A stretch of 64,000 bases of DNA from Amoeboaphelidium protococcarum X5 (lineage: Eukaryota > Fungi > Aphelidiomycota), in contig JALDTO010000098.1 in the NCBI GenBank assembly GCA_023515725.1, positions 1,266,164 through 1,330,163 of the forward strand, written 5' to 3'. The notes beneath the pieces are model-generated. The model was not told where the DNA came from, did no database searches, and was given only the letters and a program-made list of their open reading frames with translations. The translations under genes were made by a program, and so were the position numbers. Below, piece by piece: positions 14,861 to 27,341 of the stretch; position 1 is the stretch's first letter, and every line of letters begins with the position of its first letter.

Positions 14861-17047
14861 ATGTAGCCAAGCCAAAAACGTGAATTATCTGCGGCTGCAA
14901 AGACAGCACTAGAAGATTTCAAAACTTAAGCATATCATCAAGATATTCCCGGATTTCTCTCCGTGTGTGCTAAGGTGATCAATGAAGTTGATATTCGGAT
15001 AGTCAAAGAACTTGGCGCATCATCATTTGCCGCATTTGCTCCAGTATTTGCCCCTTGGTATAATACTAAATCTGAATGGTTTGGACATTATGTTTGGAAT
15101 GGCAACACAGACGCGTTCAATTAACGACTGTTGTTAAAATGCACTGACAAGGACTGGCAAATACCGTAATCTTAATAAACAGAACACTCCTTAACAGCAA
15201 AGTTCAATCCTAATTTGAATCGTAAAGACATGGGACAAAACGTAAGTGAGAGCCAAGAGAAGTAAAGTTTTAGTCAGGTGCAGCATTAAATTGAGAATAT
15301 CATTGAATCCAAAATGCGGAATTAGTAGATTGCATCAGATACAGACTCTCTAATGGCTAAATGGAAATCTAAGCAGTAATAGTCGTCATCTAAGAGTTTG
15401 AAGAAGAAGAAGAAGAAAGTGCTACAGCTTTCGGAATAATCTAAAGTGGCGTTGGAAAACATGAAACCAAAAATCGGCAAGATGAAAAATCGGCAAGAGA
15501 TTGCCGAACTGAATCAGTATGATCAGATACGCTCGATTAATATTCGTATATTCCCTGATAAGAAGTTCATACACAAATTCAATGAATGGCTGGATCTCAA
15601 GTTTCAAATGGTCAATTTCATCATTAACATTTTGAATGATTCCAGAGATTAAGGAGAAAAGGTGTCAATACAAGCGCTAAGGAACCATGTTGCGCTAAGT
15701 TAAGTCAAAGCCAAAAAGTGCCGCGTGCCTGATGACGACCCAAGATTGCGTTGGATGCGAATGCCATCTACAGTGCAAGATGAGATTATTAATGCGACTC
15801 GCACGTATTACTATGCGGCTCATGAGAAGTATACAAAGGGTGATATCAAAGACTACAACTTTATGCCAAATAGAGATGATGATTAGTTTTAGATGCTCCA
15901 GTTTCAAGCGTAAGATGCCCGTGTAGATCCAGATAGCAATCGCGTCCGCCTACTGCCTTCATTCCTCAAGAGCTTTGGGAAACTGTATGCCAAAGATCCT
16001 CTATTCTAAGAGCCTGGCAAGATTGACTACTGGCCCCGTTTCATCAAGTTTGGCTATGGCAGAGGAAGAGAGTTCAAGCTCGTGAAAAGAAGAAAAAAGT
16101 TCTTTGTGATTGTTTCGTATGATGCCTCCTGTATATAAGGTCCATTCACTGATTGGTATTACTAGCAACTGCAAGATATGAATAATGCAGATGAGAATCT
16201 TGAAGGTGCTAGATCATTTATAAGCCGCCGTGATGCGCGTTGCCGTTAAACTGGAAACACTTGCTCGGTGGATCCAGGTGTTAGAGTGAGCATGACCGTC
16301 TTCGATTTGGATCGCAGGTCATTCATTGCGATTGCGCCTGATTTCAAGTAGCTTTATAAGAATAAGAGTGAATAGATTTCCAATGCATAGTCTCTGAAAG
16401 ATTAGATGGATAATCGCGCAGCTGCTTTACAGAATGGACAATTGAGTCTGGAGGAGTTTAAAGCGTAGAAGAAAGAATTATGGCACACATGGAAGTAATC
16501 AAAGAATAATGTTGTTCCCACTGATATTGGCATTAGTCGTGCTTACACCAAATTCTCTGCATATGTATCGAATTTGCATAACCGAATTGGCAACTTTTTG
16601 ATGCGGCATTATGATCTAATCATTCTTCCCGAGTTTCTGACTATTAAGATGGTGAAGAAACGGAGAAAGCGTTTGAATCTACCTCCCGTTCTAAGTGATA
16701 CGGCCGATGTACTGGTAACACACTCGCGTGGTTAATAAAATTCTGGGCATATTCTCCATAAAAATACGCGGAACACTCTATTGGCGTTTAGCCATTACAA
16801 GTGTCGTATGAAACTTATTGCAATGGCATAAGCTAATATATTTAGATCTGGAAAGTAAGTGCTCGTGACAACGGAGGAGTTTACGTCGAAACAACATCCG
16901 TTTCAGAATGTGCTACATAACTGTCTTGGTGCTGATGAGTACTTCATGTTGGGTGATTTTCGTGCATATCGGGATAATGTTGGATCATATAATGTTATGT
17001 CTCGAAGTTTTTCTAAGGAAGAAGTGAAATTGGTTACTGCGAACTGA
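14861..17047 (+). mobile_element. Fanzor2 / IS607-TnpB-like RNA-guided endonuclease ORF, 728 aa
   Basis: Open frame under TAR=Gln. APWYN..W N-terminal motif, poly-K NLS, IRSINIRIFPD, RuvC-I SVDPGVR (16271), YDLIILPEF (16628), SHYKCRMKL, TEEFTSK (16874) and RuvC-III RDNVGSYNV (16973). Confidence 0.88.
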
Positions 17048-17409
17048 GCGGATTAGACACTATACAAGGAGTTCGTGATGTCCATATGAAGGTCTTGCAA
17101 GAAACTCTATTGCGCCTTGCTTAACATCTGATCACTAAATCATAGAAGTGTTTTGTAATTGCTTATCGTTATGCTCGTACTATACTGTTACTCTGCTATT
17201 AAGGGGCTATGTGGGGACCCCAATGAAAAGATTGCTGGAGCTTTTTTAAAGTGTACCAATGATCGATTAACCCACATGAAAACTTATTGATAATCTAAGA
17301 GGAGATCAACGGATTGAAAATCGTAGATATCAGATAAAGATCCCAATGATTCTGCCACGGAGACTAAGAGAGCATATGAAGCATGATATATATAAAATAG
17401 ATGATATAA

Positions 17410-20235
17410 TCACATTTTATTAATATTACCACCACTGCTTCCGTTTGATGACTTGTTAAACCCCCAACTAACATAAAACAAGGAGTAAGCAGCCGGCGTC
17501 TTTATACTTTGCTCTGGCACCTATCGAACGTGAGTATCATCAAAATTATACCAGTTTCCATCGAATCTATTGCGAGCAAATGCGGTATAATGTCCTCCGT
17601 TCATTCCACCATAATGGTTCGAAATAGCGTACAGACTATACTTTTGATACGGAATTATTGCTTGAGAGTTTGGTTATTATTACTATTGATAATATCCACC
17701 AAGTTACTACTAAAGAGATCCAGAGAGGTACGGGAATAGATCAAGGCCATTAACAGGGAAATCGACGTAATTCTCAACTTTCTACTTGAACATTCCATCA
17801 GCACTAAATCGTTTCAGGTGTACGAGTAAAATAGGCGGCAACCTGACAATGGTCAACTTTTTGACAGCCCTCCGCGGTACTTTGCACTGAGGACATCTCC
17901 AAGACTCTTCTTGATCTAAAATCTCATCCTTGGTAAATTCATTAATACAATCATAAAGCCGGATACCACTAGAACCTCCTCCATTGACGGGAATAGGAAG
18001 AGAGAGATACATAAACGGATTATACGTAGTACTAGTCTTGCCACACACGGAGCATTATAATGTAGATTTCAACTAACCCTGAAACAACTCCGTAATAGGA
18101 CTATCATTCCGACTGACGTATCGCAGCCAGCCTCTTATGGATCCAACATTCTCAGGATACGCGTCATCGTCCTCTTTAGGGTTCATCTGCTGATACCACT
18201 AAGGAAACTCTTTCAGTAGGTAACCATGTCCACCTTTAATCTATATGCCTTGATTAATGTCTTCATGTAATCCATCCAGAAAGAAGGCGAGAAACTCTTG
18301 AGCATCATGCTACTCGTGACCACGAAATTGTGGAGTAAATTAACAGATGACATCTCTAAATACGGATGGAGATAGAGCGCGATCTTCTCTGTTCATTTAC
18401 TACAAAAGAGCAGAGAAAGCTTAAACCAAATTGCCTTTAGTTCCGAGGGGATTCTATTAATTGATCATCCGACGGTAAGTGCCATCCATAAACAGCTTAG
18501 ATAAGGGACGAGTGGCTGCAAGACATTGAAGAATGGAGTTCATATAGCAGGTATTACCAAGATTCTTAAGACCACACATACCACGAGATACATTGGATAT
18601 TGAGGAGGCGGAAGCCGAGGAATACGCAGATATGTTCTAGAACTCACCTGGCTGATGATAGTCATGAAATGTCAAGCTAGTAGACGATCCAGGCACTGGA
18701 GGTGATGGACCACGTCTCTGCATACTTTCCCTTCTACCAACCAATTACTTCTACAAAGGCACAGATTATGATAAAGATTCATTCTATTATTACAACTTCA
18801 GCGTCTACTCATCAAGTGCAGGAGCAGAAGGTTAAGTGTCCAACACAATATGATCCTTCTTTGGAAGCGGAGGTGGAATGTCCAACTGAGACTTACTTTC
18901 CACTGGAGTTAACAAAGCAGAAGTATGCTCAGGATAATAGACAAGAGGCCGTGGACTCTCAATTCGCTATGGCTTATTCCTGGATAGCTGGGTACTTGCA
19001 AACTAATCGAATGAGAATTAATTGAAAGGATCAGATGCAGTTAACATAGGAGGTTAGTACTTGACACCAGAACCTGAATCCAACTGCTTACTTTAATAAG
19101 ATCGGGAACCAGCACCCAACACACCTTTAGATAAATAATCCGCAGCAGATACGTTTAAGCTTTTAAAACTATCTTCAACAACTCCAGAACTGCTAAAACC
19201 AGAAGTGGGTGATGGTGAAGAATAATCAGATACACCATCCGTGTTGCCAAACTCAACTCCAACAATAGACTTGATAGGAGCAGATCTACAAGTTCTCAAC
19301 CATTCCTGCCATCCACCAGAGAGTAGAGCTGGCATTCGTTGTAGTGTCTAATCATTCCAGTCTTGATTGCCAGTAGAGACAAGGGCATCATGAAGCCGCC
19401 TGAGAGCATCATTCTAACTCCTATTGGTGGAACCTTCATCCATATACACCACCAAATCAAACTCACCGCGTCTCTTAAAATTATCTTTATGAAAGCCAGT
19501 CAGATACAATTCCAAATCTCTGGCTGTAACATGATCAGAACTGAGTAACTCTGGTGGAATATTACACAAACGGTATCCACTGAAATGAGCATCAATAAAA
19601 TCATCGCTCCGCCTGACATCAATAATTAGGATATTCGGTGAATTGGCCCATGATAGATAGTTATAAATCTTACTAGCATCAATCTTATCCGGAGTCAATT
19701 TCATTCCAGATACTTTTGAAGGTTATTCGCCATTATAACTGCTATTCTTATTGTTATTATTATTACATCCCACAGTAGATTGACTAGAACTGGAACTAAG
19801 TCCAGGTGTACGCTAAGAATATGCATCAGATCCATTATTAACGGAACTATCTCCCACATCAACTAGTTTAGCATCCGACACCTTCCTAGAAGATGGGGTA
19901 GATGCTGATATAGCTGAATTTCGAGATTCTATAATCTTTGCTTTAAGTTACTCCAATTACGCGATAACTTCCACCAATTACTTTTTTCTCTACTGATACT
20001 CACCAGCATGAATCCTGATCCACTACTCAAAGTCTGGATGCTTTTTCAAATCTGTAATAATATTGCAAAACTTCAAGTACTACACATAACTAGACTCTAG
20101 CTTTCCCTCCAGCTTGTACAATTCAGCCTACTACTTGACCATATCTGCAGAGCCAAGCCAATTTTTAATCGAATACGAACTGCTCATCTGAACCATGGCC
20201 TTTTCCGACAATGCCGAAATAGAACTCTTGCTCAT
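17410..20235 (-). CDS. Ubiquitin-specific protease USP8/Doa4-like (MIT + rhodanese + USP)
   Basis: [30 protein letters not shown] and [12 protein letters not shown] motifs; rhodanese ILIIDVR. Confidence 0.9.
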
Positions 20236-20655
20236 GCTTAGAAATACTTGGCACTCTTGAATTCAATACAATTTGTTCTATAAAGAGTGAAAGTGCAGTG
20301 CCGTAGACTATAATACTGAATGAATATATAAAGGAGCAGTAAATAGTTCTGTCGACCTGTGCTGTATTCTGAGCGAAAGAACAAAAAAATTCCAGAAAAC
20401 GTTCCAGAAAGGAGCCAAGCGAGCTTCGTTCTTTCAGTCAGTTGTTCAAACCATCTGCGTCTTCTTCTCGTTAACACAGTGAGCGATCGTTGTTTCTCTC
20501 CTTCAGCGATGTTGTTGTTGTTGTTGTTGCCTCTTTAAACTTGTCCCTTCTCTCTTCCCGTTTTATTAGCATTGTCACCTTTTTTGAGTTCCTTCCAACT
20601 GCTAACCTCTCGCTGTATAACTTACGCTAGTAAAAGTAATCTAGTAAGACTTGAA

Positions 20656-21618
20656 ATGGCGATTGTTGATACTGTAACTTCAAAGGCACCGGGTGAACGG
20701 AAGCCCATCTCATTTAGTAACTTGGCGCTAGGTGCCGGATTGAATATATTTGAAATCTCTACTCTGGGTCAGCCGTTTGAAGTGCTCAAAACTTATATGG
20801 CTGCGAATAGAGGCATCTCTATGGTGGAATCTATGAAGTAGGTGTACAGTCGTGGTGGTGTAGTCGGTTTCTATCAAGGCCTGATTCCGTGGGCATGGGT
20901 GGAGGCAAGTACTAAGGGTGCAGTGTTGCTCTTCACAGCCAGCGAGATGGAGCATGTATTCTCATCCAAGTTCAAGTTCAGTCCGGGAACTGCTGGCATT
21001 CTCGCCGGATGTTGTGGTGGTATTGCATAGGCGTACACCACCATGGGCTTTTGTACGTTCATGAAGACTGTGGAGATTACCCGCCACAAGAGTCCGCCTG
21101 GTACCGCGGATGTTGGCTCTATCCAGATTGCCAGGGATATTCTGAGGCGGGAAGGTATCCGCGGTATAAACAAGGGTGTGAATGCTGTCGCCCTGAGACA
21201 ATGTACCAATTGGGGTAGTCGTCTCGGTCTGTCGAGAATTGCCGAGAACACCATCAGGTCGCTGAGAGGTGATAGTGAAGAGGAGATTAGAATGAAGAAG
21301 GCGCTCACTCCAGGTTAGAAGATTTTGGCTTCCACCATAGGAGGAGGTTTATCCTGTTGGAATCAGCCGATCGAAGTGATCCGTGTTGAGATGTAGTCTC
21401 AGGTCGCCACAGAAGGTCGTCCCAAGAAGATGACTATTGCCAATGCTGCCAAATGGATTTATCAGAATAATGGTTTGAAGGGATTCTTTAGAGGCGCTGT
21501 CCCTAGGATTGGACTAGGTGCTTGGTAGACAACTTGCATGGTTGCCCTCGGTGACACTCTGAAAGAGAAGGTGGAACACTGGAAAAAGTCTAAAATTGTT
21601 GCTCCTATTAAAAAGTGA
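20656..21618 (+). CDS. YHM2: Mitochondrial citrate/oxoglutarate carrier
   Basis: [61 protein letters not shown]. Confidence 0.9.
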
Positions 21619-22093
21619 TTTATTATGCTCGTTTCGCTGAAAAAGACCTTTTTATTTATTTATTAATTTCAATATATTGATTGTCTAACGTAACAATGCC
21701 TTATGAAGCGTGTTTTGATTGAGCTTTCACCCACCACTCCCGGAAATGCCAAGACTTTTCGGTCAAAGGCGCAATCCACTGTTTCATGTGCGTTTCATTT
21801 GATCAATTCTTGTCTTGGTCGCATTCGTTGACCAAAGAAGAAAGCAGCTGCCAGTTCAGCAGTTCATTTCTCTAAAGCTGTTCCGGACGTGGCTTGACTT
21901 GAAAATAAACGAGAGAGAGAGAGAGAGAGATTTGATTCATTCATCAACTCTTCTTCACCTTAAACTATCGTGTTGTTGAAACTATTGAATTTTGCACGTT
22001 AAATTTGATCTTCTGAAGTTAGAATTTTGGGGTTTATTAAATTAATTTCAAGAATTGGCACACCAAAATTTGTAAAGTTCTGTAATAGTAATA

Positions 22094-24799
22094 ATGTCTG
22101 AGAATAGTTTGGACGCGAGAGATAGTACTGCTGATCTGCTGGCGACTGGTTCCTAATAAATTGCGTCTGTTGGATGGAGACCTTTGGAGCAATTGTCATC
22201 GTCTACGTAGAATTTGAATGTGTAAAGTCATCGTCCTTCCATTAGCTCTTAATAGACAACAACTACTACCCCCGTCCAGGATGGAAGTGTTATGAAACCA
22301 CCGAGACGTCACACAAGTCGTCCAGTGTCGGCAGTGTACTCTAATGCAGACACTGTGCTGGAGATGTAAGATTTGGCTCAGAATGGGAATAGAGAGAAGC
22401 TTGAGGGTAGTATGCCTAAGTCACCTCTTTTGTCGGCGCAAATTGATGAAGATGTAAACCGTAAAGCTGACCAGCCTAAACGTATCGGATGTCACACCTT
22501 CCAACTTCCTCAGAGTCGAGATGTGAGGAAGGCGTAAGAGCCTGCTTACAGAGAGTCTGATGAGTTCTCCTCATGCTACTACACGCCCATCGTACACGAT
22601 CCAGAAGACTTTTCAGTGCCAGAGTTCAAGTACACCATGCGGTAGTGTATGATGCAGAGACGCACAGAGCTGCTTATTGCGATCACAATGTACAATGAGT
22701 CGGACGAGTTTCTTATACGGACACTTGATGGCGTCCTGGCTAACATTAGGTACATTTATGATTTGTACCGTAATAATCGCAGTGTTGCCGCAGTGAATAT
22801 GATGAAGGATCCGCTTGGTTCGACGTTTATTAGTCCGTAGACATCATCTGCTACTAATGCTGCAGTGGTGCGCGGTGATGTTGTTTGGCGTGACGATCCC
22901 TGGCAGAAGATTGTATTGATGATCATAAGTGATGGTAGATAAAAGTGTCACCAGCGAGTACTGGAAATGCTTCAACTTATGGGTGTCTACCATCCAGATT
23001 CGGTGTTAACTAAACGTGCAGATCCAACTGATGACAATCAAGTTAAGGATGTGACTTGCCACCTGTTTGAGACCACCACTATGGCTGTGATTGACCAAGA
23101 TATGTATATGAAAGGGTATTAGAAGCGCACTGTACCTATTCAAATCGTGTTTGCCTTGAAAGAGAAGAATTAGAAGAAGCTTAATAGTCACAAATGGCTC
23201 TTTAGATCGTTCGCACCTATGCTGAATCCATTCGCGTGTATTCTAATTGATGTAGGAACGAGGCCAAAAACTGATGATTCCATCTATAATCTGTGGAAAG
23301 CATTCGATCGGAATTTGACTGTGGCTGGTGCTTGTGGAGAAATTACTGTGCTGATGGGTAGAGGTGGTGAATATGCCTGTAATCTTTTAAATCCGCTTGT
23401 GGCTGCGTAGAATTTCGAATACAAGATGAGTAATATTCTGGACAAGACTCTGGAATCCTGCTTCGGGTACATCAGTGTATTGCCTGGTGCTTTCTCCGCC
23501 TATAGATGGGAGGCATTGTAGGATATTGATGCTGATGAAGGCCCGCTGTTTAGTTACTTCAAAGGCGAGGATCCTCGAGGTGCGGCTGCTTAGAAGGGAA
23601 ATGTGTTTGAAAGTAACATGTACTTGGCAGAGGATAGAATTTTGTGCCTGGAGCTGGTGGCCAAACGTAACAGTCAATGGATTCTGACGTATATAAAGGA
23701 TGCCATTGCAGAGACTGACGTCCCACCTACAGCTCATGAGTTTATATCCCAACGTCGTAGGTGGAATAATGGGTCAATGTTCTGCTCAGCGTATGCCATT
23801 TTTAATTTGGGGAGATTCTACAGTACCAACCACTCGATTATGCGTAAATTGTGTCTGACATTTGAAATGTTTTACAGTTTCATTAATCTGCTGTTTGGTT
23901 GGTTCGGTATTGGCAACTTTTATCTGTCCTTCTACCTGTTGACGCAGTAGACATTCCGGCAATAGTACGTAATTGTGTTTGAACTGCTGAGATATGCATA
24001 CTGGGCCGTGATTATCTCAATTTTCGTGTGTGGGCTTGGTAATCGGCCATAGGGTGCGAAAGTGATTTACATTGGATCTATGGTGGTGTTTGCTTTGGTG
24101 ATGTGTTACCTGTTGACCATATCTGTCCTGCTGATCATTTAATCATGGCCCACTTCAGGAACGTCATGGATCGTAAATGGAGGCACTAGTAGAGATATAG
24201 TTCTTGCTGTAGCTAGCACGTATGGTGTGTACTTTTTGAGTTCTCTTATGTATGGAGAACTGGTGCACATTGTCACTTGTATAATACAATACCTATTGCT
24301 CCTACCGAGCTACATAAACACTGTATCTGTATACGCGTACTGTAACATTAATGATATCAGCTGGGGAACTAAAGGCGCCACTGAGATGAGCACAACGGAG
24401 AAGAAGAAGATCACTCAGGAAATCATGAACATTGACTAGCACGAGTGTATGGCGCCTCCTGCAGTCTCTCAGAATACACTTGATGATAATTACAAGTAGA
24501 TTGCTACCAAGTTCGCCGTTCGTCCTCCCAAGTAGCACATTCCACGAGATGCCAATAGCAAGAAGGAGGATTATTACAAGAACTTTCGCACATGGCTGGT
24601 ACTGGCGTGGATTTTGAGTAATGGCCTGTTGATAGCTATAATAAGCAGTCCTCTAGTGACCAATGATCTAGCTGGAGGTGGCGCTAATCAGCAGAATCCA
24701 TATGTGGCATTTCTGATGTATTTCATTGCTGTGCAGTCCTTAGTGAGACTCTGTGGTTGTATAGTCTACCTCATTAATCGCAAGCGTCGCGGATTTTGA
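22094..24799 (+). CDS. Chitin synthase, division 1 (class I-III type)
   Basis: [50 protein letters not shown] and SWGTKG motifs. Confidence 0.95.
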
Positions 24800-25196
24800 C
24801 ACTGATTCTAGAAAGTGGTTAGTTGAAACATTCATAATAATAACCTAAAAACTATATTCATATTAATTTTTTGAACTAGAATTTAATTGACTTTCATCTA
24901 ATAACGTTTATCACCAATGGCAAAATCATCAATTGGAATATTTATGGGCGGCGGCTAATCGCGTCTTCAAGGGACGGCCGCCACTTTTCCTCCAAGTCGA
25001 TGTTTTGTTGAAAAATTGACCGTTTCAGTTCTTTATTCCAAAGAGACAGAACTGCGCGAGTATTTCATTCATTCAGTCAGTCATTCTCTTGTGGAACATA
25101 CTATTCATTGTAATAGGTGGCTTAGACTGGTCAATTATTGTTCGCTCTTTCTATATTTCTTAACTAAATTCAAGCCTTCTGTATATTTGAATAAGA

Positions 25197-26231
25197 ATGT
25201 CTGAAGATTAGGCTAAAGCTTACAGTGCGCTGATGGGTAATGCAGCGAAAGATCAGTAGTAGGAGGAGAGAGTGAGACTGCATGGAATTCGTTGTCTCAT
25301 CTCTTCCAGGGATGCCGGCCTCATTATTGGTGTTGGTGGTAAGACTGCTCAAGAGATTAGAGATTCTTGCCAAGTAAAGTTGAGGCTGAGCGAAGCGGTA
25401 GAAGGCGCCAAGGAGAGAGTGTTGTTTATCAGTGCGGAGAAGGCTGAGCAGATTGGCAAAGCCGTGCAATTCGTGAGCAGTAAATTGTTGCATCACCGTC
25501 TTGAAATGGCCAAGAGTGCTGAGGAACAAGGTAGACGGGTGTATACACCAAGATCTGTACTTTCCGGTTAGCCATTGTCTGATTCCGAGGTGGAGGTTAG
25601 CCTGCTAATCCCTAATTTCTATGTCGGCGCTGTTATTGGTAAAGGTGGATCCACTATAAAATCGTTGTAAGAAGACTTTGGCATAAAGATGATGGTGTCC
25701 GATAACATGCTAGGACATAGCGATGACAGAAGTGTTAGTTTTGTAGGCGCAGCTGATAAGGTTGGTTTGGCTGTGGGTAGAACCGTTGGGATTGTTCGCG
25801 ATGCTGAGAGTGAGAAGAAGGTTCTAGGTAATACGTACTATCAGCCAGGAGTTGACTCGTCTCAGTATAGTCAGTCTTCATCTACTCCGCGAAGAGGTCG
25901 CTTGTCTTCTGGAACACCGTAGACGAGAGGTGAGCCTGAGGAGACTAGAGATATAAGTGTCGACTCTGTGTACGTTGGATGTATCATTGGTCGCGGTGGT
26001 AAGAATATACAGCATCTTCGTCGAAAGTCTGGCTGCCAAATACATGTTGAGACTGCTCAAGATGGTAATGATATGTTGGATGGTGCGGCCTCGACTTCCC
26101 AAAAGAGAGTCATAACTATTGCTGGATCACCTGCACAGATTGATGTGGCTATTCAATTGATCAATCAGAAGATTGAGTAGGAGAAGGAGCGTCTAGCTAC
26201 TATCAATTCTGAAGGTGGTGAAGGTAACTGA
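25197..26231 (+). CDS. Triple-KH-domain RNA-binding protein (PCBP/hnRNP K-like)
   Basis: Three GxxG loops: IIGVGG, VIGKGG, IIGRGG. Confidence 0.88.
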
Positions 26232-26487
26232 TCGTTATAAGGATTCCCTGTTCAAGGAGTTATTTAGCAGTATAAATGAATTGGCAGATGGGATGGTAAT
26301 AATAACAAGAGTGTTTGGCTGGAATGATTAAAGCCAGAGTTTTTTGCTTTGTGTGCCCTAATAATAAAAGGTTTTAGGTCTAATTACCTTTCTAATAGCT
26401 TTGGCATATAGTTAATCGCGCGCAATTTAAAAAAGAGAACTCAGATATAAGCAGAATTATATTACAACAGCAATCCATAACATTTAA

Positions 26488-27225
26488 TCATTCAAGAGAA
26501 GAGAGTAATTGCTTGCGCTTAAAGTCAACAAAGAAGCTTTAAACTTGATCGTGAGTGGGCAGATCGGTGGGCCATTAGAAGTTTGGTTCTACAACGCTAA
26601 CACCCATTTAAGATTACGCGGCATTTTCAGCTTCCAATAACTGTAGATATGCTCCATCATCTTTCGAATCTTATTACCGCGCATAGCCATAGTATAAATC
26701 CTCTTGAATAACCTTCATCCAGGCCTCTCTGTCCTGGGGATAGCCCGCTCTTAATCGCTTCAACTGATCCTCCTCTTTGAATAGATCGCGCACTTCAGGT
26801 AGCTCTACCGAACGGCCATAATACTTATAATCCATCCTACCATCAGCAATCGCTCGCCCCTAATCTAGATTAGCTATAGGATTAGTGGCTTGAAGCACAT
26901 TCTTTTTATAATCGTGTCCACCTCTATTCACAATATCAACTTCAATCTAATTCTTCTCCCGCATCAGATCATTAATCTCATCATTTAGCTAACGCAGCTC
27001 ATCCTCTGAAATTTTCTTTTACTTTATATCATCCACGATGACATTAATCTTCTTGCCAATCTATTCCAGCAGTTGCAATCTGCGTATCTCTAGCTGAGAT
27101 GTCTTTACAGGGCCATCTCTTCTCTTCACTGGCTTTGAGCGCGGCACAATCAATCCCAACTCTGCCAGCTGAGTCTCCCGCCATCTATACAGCATAGACT
27201 TGGACTTTTCCGCATTCTTTGCCAT
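26488..27225 (-). CDS. ISY1: Pre-mRNA splicing factor Isy1
   Basis: MAKNAEKSKSMLYRW, LRQLNDEINDLMREK, YKYYGRSVELPEVRDLF. Confidence 0.88.
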
Positions 27226-27341
27226 TCTATCTATTTATTATTAACTAGCGATAAAGTATTTTCTGTGAATGAATATAATATACAGTCGCTAAATGTGAAA
27301 AGGAAATGAAAAAGTCAAAAATGATAAATTTTCTATTAAGA

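Noticed and set aside
14504-17360. Weak inverted similarity GTGGCGGATCAATCATT / AATGATTCTGCCAC as Fanzor element TIRs
   Set aside because: Short, gapped and without a target-site duplication; could be chance. Multi-copy alignment is needed.
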